From: Octopus vulgaris
Lineage: Eukaryota
Direction of reading: 5' to 3'
Assembly (NCBI GenBank): GCA_951406725.2
Contig: OX597838.1
Span: forward strand, 1,364,001 to 1,428,000
Length of the DNA stretch: 64,000 nucleotides
The position numbers and the translations under genes are program-made. How positions within the stretch are numbered: position 1 is the stretch's first letter; each line of letters opens with the position of its first letter. The notes under the pieces were generated by a model. It saw nothing but the letters and a program-made list of their open reading frames with translations. It was not told where the DNA came from and made no database searches. This document shows, in pieces, positions 1 to 12,335 of the stretch.

Positions 1-1310
1 GATTCTTGGTTCTACTTAGAACAACATACAAGTGTCCGTAGCTAAACAGAGATTGTGGGAGGACCATACCTATTTTATTACAAGTTTGGCTTGGTAATTA
101 GTTTATGGTCATTGCAGGTACAGGACTGACCGGAAATTATATCCTTTTGAGAAAGCATGTTAAAGTTGTGTCACTTGCAGTCAAACCACTTCTTGGAGAT
201 AAGTACTTCTTTTCTGGTTGTAGTTGCTCTGAGTATGTAATGCTCGACCACAGAACTTAGCAGTGATAAGACGATCACAGATGTCACTTAAGTGTCCATG
301 CCTGGGTTCCAATTTTCTGAAGAATCCTTATCATAGAATTTCACTTCACAGGAGGTGGTCTATCTTGATAAAGTCTGTTCTTTTGAGAATTCAACAAAGA
401 ATGGTGCTACCGATTCTTCATTAGAGTTTGCGCATTTATATTTTGTGACGTCACCAGGAATACAGTTCAATAATAACTGATTATAGATCATTAGTTTATC
501 TTGGTTTCTTGTAAGGATTTTCTTTGTTGAAACTTCAAGTGTTGCTTCTCTACGGGTCCCATTAATAGATTTAACTTATACTTCTCCCGTTATATTCTTT
601 TCAACGACTATAATATAAAGAAAGTTCGACACTGCTTACATCGTCACGTGATTTCCTAGCGTACCTTCGCCAATTTTAAGAAACCACATCAAAAGTTCAA
701 TTTGCTCCACTGCTTCATGTGACAATTTTTTTCATTCACCTCTAAAGTGGTGACCGCTTGATGCATAATTCAATGATATCAACATTCAATGATGTCAATG
801 TGAATGCACTGGAAGTACATTTCATAGAATTATGAAGAAAGAAGCCTGGGGGAAACGATTCTAGTTTGAGGAAGTAATTTTTGTGGACGATATTGTTGTA
901 TCGAGATTAGTGATAGGAAAATAAAAATTGTGTGCCGTCTGAGCACGTAGTATATCCGCCGCTATTCCTGTTGCTGCAGAAAGGAGAATAGTTTCCCTCT
1001 TTATCTCATGTAGTATAATCAGAGTATTATAGAAAGACATATTACCAGACCCCCTTGATCCATCAAACAAGAAGAAACTGGGATTAGCCATGTCATCGTT
1101 CATGACACTGAAAATACAATGAAATACTTCTTCGTTGTCTAAAATTCATGTTCCTGGTTTTTGCTCCAACTTCCTGTGGTTTGGGTAATTGTTGTGATTC
1201 AGTGAAATCATGTAAAACAATTAAACTCTCGGGAAATTCTAGTCGGGCATCAATAAGGTGTTTCCAATCTTTTCCAAGCATTTTACTCTTTCTAAAGAAT
1301 CTCTTCGGAT
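1..1310 (-). mobile_element. Degenerate Helitron Rep/helicase gene, PIF1-like helicase domain (stops and frameshifts)
   Basis: Minus-strand translations give PIF1 motifs in the expected order: FFLFDGSRGSG (cf. FLDGPGGTGKT), SAATGIAADIL..AQTAHN, WFLKIGEG, and at 1-150 KRI*FPVSPVPAMTIN*LPSQTCNKIGMVLPQSLFSYGHLYVVLSR (cf. QFPV..AMTINKSQGQT..FSHGQLYVALSR). It runs off the window start. Confidence 0.85.
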
Positions 1311-1382
1311 AACATAACGTTCAATCAAGTTTTTTCACGTTAATATAGCTGCATTAAGTTTCTCAGATTATTTAGGAATCCT

Positions 1383-1594
1383 TTAACACTTAGATTACTT
1401 TATCCAATGTAATCCTTATTTATTCACATTGTTTTGAATTAGTCTTGCATTATCTCTCCTAGCCTTGAGATTTCAATAAAGTGATTGTTTATTTTTAGAA
1501 TGACATCGTAAGGTAGGTGTGAGAGGCCAGTTTGAACATAAAACAAGTAAAATATATAGGTCAGATATGATCAGTTTTAATGCTAAATGGTTAA
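1383..1594. mobile_element. Short non-autonomous DNA element (MITE) with TTAA ends
   Basis: Bounded by ttaacac..tag and aatgctaaatggttaa. Similar throughout to 8525-8730 (tttagaatgacat..gtaggt.tg..aggcc..tttgaaca.aaaa). Confidence 0.55.
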
Positions 1595-1939
1595 ACAAAT
1601 GTCTGACAGGGCAAGAAAGATACGAGGAAGGAAGATCATTCTTGCTAAAAGCCTAATGATCTAATTTACAACTTTTCATTAAAATTTTATGGTAATGTCT
1701 GTTCCAAACACCAGTTTAGTAATAATAGAATTATTTTACTAAATTCTTCATGAGAAAGGAAGTGGGGAGGGAACAGTAAGGAAGAGAGAACGACGGATCT
1801 TGTCTCTCACAAGATAGAAACATTTCTCAAGGCACCAGCAGACAAAATGGGAAAAGTATTTGTCACATGACACACAGTAAGATGCGTGTGTGCGTACGTG
1901 CAAGCGTGTGCGCGCGTTAAGCGTGTGCGCGCGCGAGCA

Positions 1940-1994
<55 letters not shown>

Positions 1995-2023
1995 ACAGAT
2001 TTATTTATTGCACAAAATATAGA

Positions 2024-2070
<47 letters not shown>

Positions 2071-2358
2071 GCATGCTTTTGGCACCTGTATATTCAAGAT
2101 TCGCCATTTCCCACCAAATTTCTTTCGCATGAACTTTAGTCATAACACTAATTCTTATTTAGTTACAGAGCACTTCCTGTAAAAAATTAATTGTTTAGAC
2201 GAATTATTAAGACAAGCGTATCAAGTACACGTCTCTCCTTCCTATATATATACAAACACACAAAATTTATATATATATAAATGTATGTATATACGTATAT
2301 ATGTATATATATATATGTATACATATATAAATATATATATATGTATATGTATATATAT

Positions 2359-2524
2359 AGGAGTGGCTGTGTGGTAAGTAGCTTGCTAACCAACCACATG
2401 GTTCCGGGTTCAGTCCCACTGCGTGGCATCTTGGGCAAGTGTCTTCTGCTATAGCCCCGGGCCGACCAATGCCTTGTGAGTGGATTTGGTAGACGGAAAC
2501 TGAAAGAAGCCTGTCGTATATATG

Positions 2525-2555
<31 letters not shown>

Positions 2556-2768
2556 TTGTGTGTCTGTGTTTGTCCCCCTAGCATTGCTTGACAACCGATG
2601 CTGGTGTGTTTATGTCCCCGTTACTTAGCGGTTCGGCAAAAGAGACCGATAGAATAAGTACTGGGCTTACAAAAGAATAAGTCCCGGGGTCGAGTTACTC
2701 GATTAAAGGCGGTGCTCCAGCATGGCCGCAGTCAAATGACTGAAACAAGTAAAAGAGTAAAAGAGTAA
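2359..2768 (+). mobile_element. SINE family A (tRNA-derived head, CORE-like segment, internal microsatellite), full length
   Basis: A-box-like gtggctgtgtggtaag, B-box-like ggttcagtccc, cttgggcaagtgtctt segment, internal (TA)n(TG)n, 3' gtaaaaga repeats. Closely similar to 57310-57724. Confidence 0.9.
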
Positions 2769-2817
2769 TATACGTATATATGTATATATGTATGTATATA
2801 TATGTATACATATATAA

Positions 2818-2887
<70 letters not shown>

Positions 2888-2904
2888 TTATTTATTTATT
2901 TATT

Positions 2905-3240
2905 TATATCTTGACTTCAGTAAAGCGTTCGACAAAGTTGACCATAATATCTTACTCTCAAAATTGGCAAATGTTGGAATCCGTGGAAAATTTTACACTG
3001 TATTAAGTATTTCCTGGCGAATAGAACACAACATGTTATGGTCAATGGAGTCCACTCGAGCCAAGCAAAATTCACCAGTGGTGTCCCTCAGGGGACTGTC
3101 TTGGGCCCGCTCCTCTTTATAATTTACATAAATGACCTTTTCAGCGCCGTAAATCACTGCAAAGTGAAAATATTTGCTGATGACACTAAGCTCCAGAAAA
3201 TCATCAATGAAGAAGACCGAACTCAACTCCAGTTTGATCT
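2905..3240 (+). mobile_element. CR1/L2-like LINE reverse transcriptase fragment (frameshifted)
   Basis: [20 protein letters not shown], then [21 protein letters not shown]...KIFADDTKL. Confidence 0.9.
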
Positions 3241-3445
3241 ATATGCTGGACAGATTTCTTCAACATAGTACCAGATAAGACACCCATACCTGGATAAACT
3301 CACTCAAGAAGAGCTCACTACTTGAAAGGACCATATACAAAACTTGACTTTAAAAGGATTTAGATAATCCTATCAGGTGGTGCTATTAAGTTAGACATGG
3401 TGTGGACAAATCTTTGGTCAAAACATATCTAAGTTTATCTAAGTT

Positions 3446-3478
<33 letters not shown>

Positions 3479-3497
3479 GCACACACAGACATACACA

Positions 3498-3850
3498 CAG
3501 AGTGCGGTGACTATATTGTCATCTAAATTACGCAAAAATGAAAACAACATTGACATCTCATTTTAACAGATATATTTATCAGAACTACATTAACATTTCT
3601 GGAAATATCTTGAATCAATTTATTCAATAAAATCACCATTGGCTTCAACCACAGCCTCCAGACGACTTTGTAATCTCCTGCAACTCTTCTGGATGATCTC
3701 CTTGTATAAGTTGGTGAATATTGCTCTAATCCTTACCTTCAGTTCAGCTCGCTCAACTGCGTCCCACACATAATAATCAAGGGGTTGCCGTCTAGAGAGT
3801 TAGGTGGTGAGATGTTAGGGGTGATGTGGTTGCAGAAATTGCCTGACAGC
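3498..3850 (-). mobile_element. Tc1/mariner (maT/DD37D-like) transposase C-terminus with terminal repeat
   Basis: Minus strand reads ITPNISPPNSLDGNPLDYYVWDAVER...CRRLQSRLEAVVEANGDFIE* (cf. WPPNSPDLNPLDY.VW). Confidence 0.8.
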
Positions 3851-3895
3851 TATAACTGTGGCATGGTGCAGACACACACACACACATATATATAA

Positions 3896-4026
3896 GATAG
3901 GCTTCTTTCAGCTTCTCTCTACCAAATCCACTCACAAGGCTTTGATCAGCCTGAGGAGAGAGCACTTGGCCGAGGTGTCACACATGGGAACTATATGGTT
4001 GAGAAGCAAACTTCTTAGCACGCAGC
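3896..4026 (-). mobile_element. SINE family A, degenerate 5' part
   Basis: ggcttctttcag..ctaccaaatccactcacaaggcttt is the reverse complement of the family A head. Confidence 0.7.
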
Positions 4027-4347
4027 AACAGATAAGGACAGATAAGTAGTTATTTGGGAGATAAATAATGTTTATGCAAAGAAAGGAATTCGTGTAAATA
4101 CGTCGCTTGTTACATCATTTAATTATAGACAAACGCAGCAATTGTGTTTGGGCGCGAATGGGTGGGTTCACTCACAATTACTCACACACACACACACGCG
4201 CGCTCATACTTATTTGTATTTTCGTTTTTGCACTTTTACATAATTTTACTCGCAAGCATGTTATCACACCGAGTTATTAACATATATGCAATCATATTAC
4301 TATGTCCGTATATTCAAAAATATGTGTGGGTTGCCTTTCTTTATGTA

Positions 4348-4412
<65 letters not shown>

Positions 4413-4595
4413 CGTATCTGTCTACTTTTATATAAAATCACTCTGTCTCTGTCGCTCTCTCTGTCATACACACACAACCACACACACACATACACACACA
4501 CATATACTCACACTTTTTGTTGAACGTATGTGTATGTATGTGTCTGTGCATATTACATATATGCATCTGTGTGTGCGTGTGTGTGTGTATATATA

Positions 4596-4708
4596 TACAA
4601 AAAAGGGACAGCAAAACATCCAGATAGACAATACAGAGAAAATAAGGACTGTCTCATTCGGTGTTTTCTTTCCTCAGTCGAGTTCCAGATTATCTTTGCA
4701 ATTTCGGG
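4596..4708. repeat. Dispersed repeat (second copy at 23237-23356), possibly Penelope pLTR-derived
   Basis: caaaacatccagatagac..tcattcgg.gttttctttcctcag.cga.ttccagattatctttgcaatttcgg is shared with 23237-23356. Confidence 0.65.
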
Positions 4709-4800
4709 TGGATATCTATCTATCTATATATATATATATATATATATGTATGCATGTATGCATGTATGTATGTATGTATGTATGTATGTATGTATGCTTT

Positions 4801-5003
4801 TCTTTTATTTGTTTCATTCATTTGACTGCGGCCATGGTGGAGCACCACCTTTAGTCGAACAAGTCGACCCCAGGACTTATCTTTGTAAGCCTAGTACTTA
4901 TTCTGTCGGTCTCTTTTGCCGAACTGCTAATTTACGGGGACGTAAACGCACCAGCATCGGTTGTCAAGCGTCATTGGGAGGGGGGATAAACACATGCACA
5001 TTT

Positions 5004-5045
<42 letters not shown>

Positions 5046-5225
5046 GCACACACACACACACACACACACGCACACACACACACGCACACACATATGTATG
5101 TATATACGACAGGCTTCTTTCATTTTCCGTCTACCCAATCCACTCACAAGGCTTTGTTTGGTCCGAGGCTATAGTAGAAGGCACTTACCCAAGGTGCCAC
5201 GCAGTGGGACTGAACCCGGAACCAC
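4801..5225 (-). mobile_element. SINE family A, near full length, internal (CA)n
   Basis: Reverse complement of 2359-2768 (gtttca.tcatttgactgcggccatg...gtgccacgcagtgggactgaaccc). Confidence 0.9.
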
Positions 5226-5388
5226 TTCTGCACCCACCTACACACACACGCACACATATTCATGTATATATAGTGTATATACATATATGTATATATATAT
5301 ATATACTGTATTTTGAAATAATTGCATGAAATTTAACCTACATCTCTAATATGGAATGCAGGATAAGGTACTGTTTACACAAAATTTG

Positions 5389-5570
5389 TCATGGATTACC
5401 AAGATGAAGTTACCAAGGATATATGTATACAAACTTGAAATTTTCTTACCAAAGTCTATCTGCATAAATCAAAACCACTCATGGATTACTGAGATGAACT
5501 TACCAAGGATATATATATTACAAACCTTACATTTTTTTTACCAAAGTCGACCTGGATAAATCTAAACCAG
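5389..5570. repeat. Tandem duplication, 2 x ~90 bp
   Basis: tcatggattac..agatgaa.ttaccaaggatatat...ttaccaaagtc..ctg.ataaatc.aaacca starts at both 5389 and 5479. Confidence 0.85.
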
Positions 5571-5641
5571 TAAATTTTAATCTATTTTTCAAAAATACAT
5601 TCTCATATATTTTTCTAATTTTAAAACAACATTTGATGTAT

Positions 5642-5740
5642 TATCTTCTCCATCTGACGAGTGGAAGTATTGTCTATCAATGTGTATCAACAATGGATTC
5701 CATTAAAATGACAATACTTTCGTGAAACGATCGTAAGATG
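5642..5740 (+). ncRNA. Type I hammerhead ribozyme motif (Penelope-type, palindromic stem III, imperfect stem I)
   Basis: CTGACGA (5654-60), 14-bp stem II (5661-74/5710-23), GAAA (5724-27), cgatcg, TA (5734-35). Confidence 0.65.
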
Positions 5741-6536
5741 CATTAATTAACACATTTTTAAACTGTCATATTTCATATTGTTACATATATAATACAATAC
5801 TATTTTAGACATACTATTTTAGACATACTATTTTAGACATATATATCTTCGTGAGAAATTTTGTTTGATATTGAATTTCATGCTATTATTTCAAAATACA
5901 GTATATATAATCACTCGTATTAATGTCTAAATACTTTATAGTATTAATATTTTTGACATTTGATACAAAGAGCACTCATTATAAATTCAGTGTATAATAT
6001 TCTAACAGAATATATTTAATTAATGATATGTATGTATATATACACACATAAATATGGCATGACAATGGGTGGAGGTCGAAAGAATGTAAAGTGGGTTGCG
6101 TTTGTATATCGGTAGCTAGGTTTAAATCTTTGGGGAGACACAGACATAAACATCAGAAGCAAAACAAAAGAAAAATGAACCATGTTTAGATTTCATATGT
6201 CGGAATTGTTGGGAGGATTGTTCATAATTAAGCGCGCGCGCACACACATGCAATTATAATAAAGACTATGGTTTCATGTATCTATACGCACATCAGTATT
6301 TATATATACGTTTGCCTGTTTGCTTGTGTGTGTGTATGTGTGTGTGTGTGTATGTGTATGTGTGTGTGTATGTGTATGTGTGTGTGTGTGTCCGTGTCTA
6401 GCTATGGCATTGATGTTGCTTTATATTTTAACAAACGTCTCTGTGTATCTGTATTCTTTCTCACAGACGTATGTATGTTTATATGTACGAATACACATTA
6501 CAGATGTTTAAATGTTTACATAGATTTATACACGCT

Positions 6537-6579
<43 letters not shown>

Positions 6580-6832
6580 ATATATATGAATATACGTTTT
6601 TTGTGTGTTTATATAAAAACCAGGAACTTTCGTTGTTAGCTCCACATTTTGGAAATAGCAGCGACAAGTCCCTCAAATCACATGCTGTCGTCATTAAAAC
6701 ATTCATTGTGTAATGTAGGCTGAAATAAAAAGAAAGCCGCGACGCAGAACGCCTCTGGAGGTTAAGGTTGATCCTGAAGGGGCTGACAAACTGAGAGAAA
6801 ACAATAACATTAGCATTCCCTTCACCACCACG

Positions 6833-6915
<83 letters not shown>

Positions 6916-7276
6916 TGAGCCAAAAGTCTCGTACCAAAACATTTTACATTTCATCTATATTACATGAATATTATTATTATTCTTATTATTATCCATTTTG
7001 TTCCTCATGTACAAGTACATGTGTATTCAGTATTGTTTTATCTATTTTATTCAATTTTGGAAAAGCTGAAGCATGTCTTTGACAATTCCGGAGCGAATTT
7101 AACTGACTTTTGGCTCACCCTGTATCTATATATATATCTAGTTGAAGTTTACAGAAAATCAAAAGACGAAGACAGGTGTAGGAGAAACAAACAGGTGTAT
7201 TAGTTTGGCACCCGGGAAAAATGGAGAAGTCTTTTACATGTGTGTGTGTGTGTATATATATATATATCAGAAATAC

Positions 7277-7337
<61 letters not shown>

Positions 7338-7486
7338 GTTAGTAGATAAGGCCAGTTTATGGGTTTACCTTAGGTTTCACATCCATAAAGGTCTTAGCTT
7401 TATGGTGTATCATAATGCCTACACACACACACACACACACAAACACATACACACACACACAAAAACACATACACACACACATACAC

Positions 7487-7540
<54 letters not shown>

Positions 7541-7694
7541 CTCTCTCTCACACACACACCAATACATACACACATATATGTATACACGTGTTTTGTGTGG
7601 ACGGGATAGAAATAATTTTGACTCTAAGAATATGTTTATATTTATGTGTGTGCGTAAGTATGTATAACTGTTTGTTTTTGTTGCTTGCCATATC

Positions 7695-7750
<56 letters not shown>

Positions 7751-8524
7751 TTATAATAATTAATAATAATAGAAGAATGTTTATACTATTTATACGTACA
7801 TTTGAAGCCTGGTTTTACGATACGATCCTGTCTATGCGCCTGGTCAACATTGTGTATTTGCGGGGAATATTTTCTGTCGGCTGTCAGCGGTGGGGGTCAC
7901 TAAACAACGCTGCTGAGTACTAAAAGCAACAGCTTTGAATAACGGAAGAAATGAATATCCAACACAGCAGACGTCACACGCCGCCGCCGCCGCCGCCGCC
8001 GCCTGCCTTACTATCAGCAACAGCACCACCGACGTCTCTCGCTGCTACTAAGGTGACAGCAGCAGCAGCAGCACACCATCACCACCACCACCACCACCAC
8101 TGCTACTACCAACACAGCTATCGGTGCCGCCGCCGCCACCACCATCTCTACCACCACTATCACTGCTACACCCCCTCCTCATCGCTAACACCATCACCAT
8201 CACCGCTACCGCTTCACTGCGACCCCCTCCCGCAATCATTAAAGACAGTCGTGTGCTTCATCTAAATAATACTTTAATTGTATTTAAATAAAGAAATGCT
8301 TTCAGTCGAAGTGGTGGTGGTGGTGGTGGTGGTGGTGGCAGCAATAATGTTGAAGGTAGTGAGAGAGGGTGTTGGTGGTGGTGGAGGTCGTGGTAGTAGT
8401 GGTGATATTAGTGATGGTGTTGGTTGTAGCATTCGCGATAGTGGTGATATTGGAAGTGGTTGTTGTAATGGTGTTGATGTTGGTGTTGGTGGTGTTGGTG
8501 GTGGTTGTTGGTGGTGTTGATGGC

Positions 8525-8730
8525 TCAACCCGTTAGCATTCATGTTACTCCGTCCAATTTATAATCTTTATTTACATCTTCAATATTAATCCTGCATTAT
8601 TTTGAGTTATCGATGAATCGTTTGCTTACATTTAGAATGACATTTCAGAGTAGGTATGTGAGGCCTGATCTGGCCACTTTGAACACAAAATGGGTGGAAT
8701 ATTTGGGCCTGATATGGCCTGTTTAACGGG
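8525..8730. mobile_element. MITE, same family as 1383-1594
   Basis: tcaacccgttagcattc...tttagaatgacatt...gtaggtatgtgaggcc...tttgaacacaaaa. Confidence 0.55.
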
Positions 8731-9080
8731 ATGGTGCTTGTTGGTTTTTGTTGTTGGGAATCCCCCAGTTGAAGCCGATGTTAAACTGAGTCCCTCCCGT
8801 GAATTTACTTACACCAAAAGTTCTGTCATACTTTCCTCTCGTGTGATAATCGTTCCGACGTGCCAGATCAGGAACCATCAACCTACGTTCGCTCTTCTTA
8901 CTTTTTGTTTTGACATTTGTCAATGCCTTGGTAAGAAGTTCGCTTCCCGGCCATATATATATCAAGGATTGAACGGACAGAACACAAGGAGAAAAGTTAA
9001 ACGAAAGCAGGGTTAAGGTTCGATTAAGGGCGGTGTTCCAGCATGGCCGCAGTCAAATGACCGAAGCAAGTGAAAGAGTA

Positions 9081-9130
<50 letters not shown>

Positions 9131-10267
9131 GTGTGTGCGTGTGTGTGTGTGTATGTTGTTAAACAAAACACTTAATTTCAATGTTTTAATATTTGTTTGC
9201 TTTAAGTTAATGTTTTTCACTTAGTGAAATGTAATAGCTGTAGAATATGGCAGCAATATGAAGTATTTGGTGCCGAAGAAAATAAAAAATCAGAGAAGGA
9301 AAGTGACAAAAACTTTCCTTTGTAGAAATTCATCCAACATAAATAGACGATGTCATGTTATATAATACAGTAAAATTCCAGTGGAAGAAAAAATAGCGGC
9401 ATTGGTCTACAACAGCTTAGTCTTCCACAAGAAAGTCATGGACTTGCAAAAAATTGCATTAGAATTACACTGTTTTGGCGTTAGATTAATTCTAAAGTGG
9501 TACACCATTGGTATTGGCACAATTCACGGTTGTGTGAGAGCGCGCGCCTGTGTTTGTGCTTGTGTTTTTTGTTTCAAATTCGAGGCAAATGTTCAATAAA
9601 GATCGTAGAATGCAATTATTTATTATACGCGGTAGGTAATTATGCATGTGGGGAAGTTTTTGTTTCCATCCCTTTATACGGGTTTCAAGCAACTTCTTTC
9701 GTGCTTCAATAGGTTTTTCCACCAGTCAAGTCCTCACACTGCAGCCTTGTCTATTGTACATCATTTAAACACAGTGCAAGATTAGCCAATGTTTAATCTC
9801 TGAACTATGTTTAAAGACTGTCCATCCGTGGCCATTCCGTATTTTATTCAGATAGAGTATAATCTTGTAATGACACGCGTCTGTCATTTCAGACAATATA
9901 AAAGAAAAGATAATAATAATAATGCTGGCCAGGCCTGATTTAAACAACCTTGGATGTAGTCCACTTTTATTGAGGAGGTTTTCTCGTTCGGGTGTCCCTG
10001 GGTAAAAAGGCCTATACATCTGAGGTAGACAACTGGGTGCAGGAGTAACCAAGAGTCATAGGGTCTCACTCCATTTGTAGATTTGATGGTTGGTTGTTGA
10101 CTCCTCGTTGAGTTAATCCATTCGTAGTGGACATGCATTATCTTTTTGCCCAGTTGGCTTATCCATCCATTCTGTACTCACTAATGTGCTGTTGCCTGTT
10201 TAGTCGGCGACGGCATAACCAAGAAACAGATATCAGCTGAGATTAGGGCATTATTTGTGTGTTTGGT

Positions 10268-10697
10268 AAGGTAGCGAGCTGGCCGAATCGTTAGTACGCA
10301 GGGAAAAATGCTTAGCGGTTTCTCGTCCGTCTTTACATTTAAGGTGGCGAGCTAGCAGAAACGTTAGCATGCCGGCGAAATGCTCAGCAGTTTTGGTCTG
10401 TCTTTATGTTCTGAGTTCAAATTTTGTCGAGATCGACTTTGCTTTTCAGCCTTTCGAGGTTGATAAATTAAATACCAGTTGCGTACTGGGATTGATCTAA
10501 TCGACTGGTCCCCTTCCCCCAAAATTTCGGGCCTTGTGCCTAGAGTAGAAAAGAATATGCAAATTCCACTGAGGTCGACTTTACCTTTCATCCATTCGGG
10601 GTCAATAAATTAAGTACTAGTTTCATACTGGGGTCGATCTAATCGACTATCCCCTCCCCAAAATTTCAGACCTTGTGCCTATAATAGAAAGGATTAT
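10268..10697 (+). mobile_element. Tandem cluster of SINE family B (tRNA head, Meta/Sauria-like central domain, ATT tail)
   Basis: aagg(t/c)ggcgagct.gc.gaa.cgttag head; gaggtcgactttgcctttcatcc.ttcggggtc.ataaattaagtac core; ccttgtgcct..agtagaaagga end. One head-only piece, one full copy and one 3' piece in tandem. The domain name is from recollection. Confidence 0.85.
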
Positions 10698-10832
10698 TTG
10701 TGCGTTTGGTACTTTTTGTATTTTGATGTTTATTCAGCTTTTGTATTTATTGCTTTTGTACATTCATCTACTTTAATTAAGGCTGGAGTTTTTTCTTTTT
10801 ATTAATTCGGTTTTATTATTATTTAATTGAGA

Positions 10833-11005
10833 AAGGCGACGAGCTGGCAGAAACGTTAGCACGTGCTGAGTTGAGACACCGCCGAGGTCGACTTTGCTTT
10901 TCATCGTTACGGGGTCAATAAAATAAGTTGAGTACGGAGGTCGATGTAATCGCCTACACACTTCCCCAAATTTCAGTCCTTTTTCCTGTAATAGAAAGGA
11001 TTATT
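10833..11005 (+). mobile_element. SINE family B, internally deleted
   Basis: aaggcgacgagctggcagaaacgttagcac...gaggtcgactttgc...tagaaaggattatta. Confidence 0.85.
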
Positions 11006-11164
11006 ATCTGAGTTTGATTATTTTTTGGAATTCTATGATTTTTATTTCTGTTATGGCGATTTTTATATCAGGGATTTGTGCTGTTTATGAATACGATATA
11101 AAGAAGTTTTAGCTTACATGAACACCACAAACGCATCAATGGCTACATTATATTTAATATGTCT

Positions 11165-11820
11165 TTCGTTGCTGTTTAACCCCGGGTCAGCTCTCATATA
11201 GACATCTGACCAAAGACGTGACTGCTCTGTCTTTCATTCAGACTTAGTTTATACTGGACTACATTGACCAATATATCAATCCTTTTCAAGACAGAGTATG
11301 ATTTGGGGGAGATTTGGTTGCTATTTCTGGCAGGTCAAGTGACTGTTGAGCTTTCATAATTAGGATACCAATGTACATGTGTTAGTGCTTTAAAGAGTGA
11401 TGTCATCGTTATTCCATTAATGTCAAAACAAATTACAAAAACAAAACTAAAACAAAAATATTCTCCACTAAAAATTCCCCTATCCCACAGGAAAGAGAAG
11501 TCTTCTACAAAACTATCATTCAATTAACATAAATTGCATTTAACGAAATTTCATTGTACTAAATAACGCCCAATTATGATATGGATTTTTTTTTTTATAT
11601 CCTGCTCGGAAATCATGACAGAAGTTGTTCTTGGTTAACCTCTTAGATCCGATGAAGCAAACGCATTATCAAGGGCTTTCCAACCGTGATGATTCCGTTT
11701 TACTTATTTTTACTTCTGAGTAGATAACCTACAGCTACATTATTCAGTGTGTGTTAATACGGCAGAGTGTGATTTGAAGGAGATTTCATTGCTGTTTCTA
11801 GCAGATGGAGTGTAATCGTA
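11165..11820 (-). mobile_element. Two degenerate copies of SINE-like family D (11165-11350, 11620-11820)
   Basis: Shared cagagt.tgatttg..ggagattt..ttgct.tttct.gcag segment. An opposite-orientation copy lies at 44225-44390 and a fragment near 9765-9890. Confidence 0.55.
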
Positions 11821-11930
11821 TAATCTTTATTTCTATTATGAAGAGTTTTATATCTGGATAGCAGAGGTTGAAGTCTGAAGGTGGACGAGCTGTATACTGT
11901 ACTCTGCTACATTCTTTAGAGAATATACCA

Positions 11931-11990
<60 letters not shown>

Positions 11991-12029
11991 AAACTTACTT
12001 GAAAGAAGACGACGCGGGCGTTCGATCAT

Positions 12030-12279
12030 ATAATAACAATGAGTCGAAACAGGGGCAGCTGAAGAAGGGGAATGTTCTTTGTGTTGTTTGTCTTGTACTC
12101 TGTTTTTTCGTTGTTAAAAAAAGTCCGTTTCCTTGTTTTGTTTTTATGTTTTCGTTTCTCGTTGTGTTCTACGTTTATTTGTGGTGTCCTGTACTCATAT
12201 ATGCATGTGTATATACATATAGATGTAGGTATGTACATATATGTATGTATGTATGCATATGTTTTATTTATTAAATTAT

Positions 12280-12285
<6 letters not shown>
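12030..12285 (+). repeat. Dispersed repeat E (ctgaNgaaggg-containing, probable Penelope pseudo-LTR)
   Basis: gaaacaggg.ca.ctgaagaaggggaat.ttc..tg.gttgt.tgtcttgtactctgtttttcgttg. Inverted copy at 24585-24838; relatives at 18392-18515 and 36500-36680. Confidence 0.7.

Positions 12286-12332
<47 letters not shown>

Positions 12333-12335
<3 letters not shown>

Noticed and set aside
2359-2430. tRNA genes at SINE heads
   Set aside because: A/B-box-like motifs are present but there is no complete cloverleaf; each continues into a SINE body.
5389-5840. CRISPR-like or other prokaryotic repeat systems
   Set aside because: Repeats are contiguous (90 bp x2, 14 bp x3) without unique spacers; the context is eukaryotic with no cas or operon structure.
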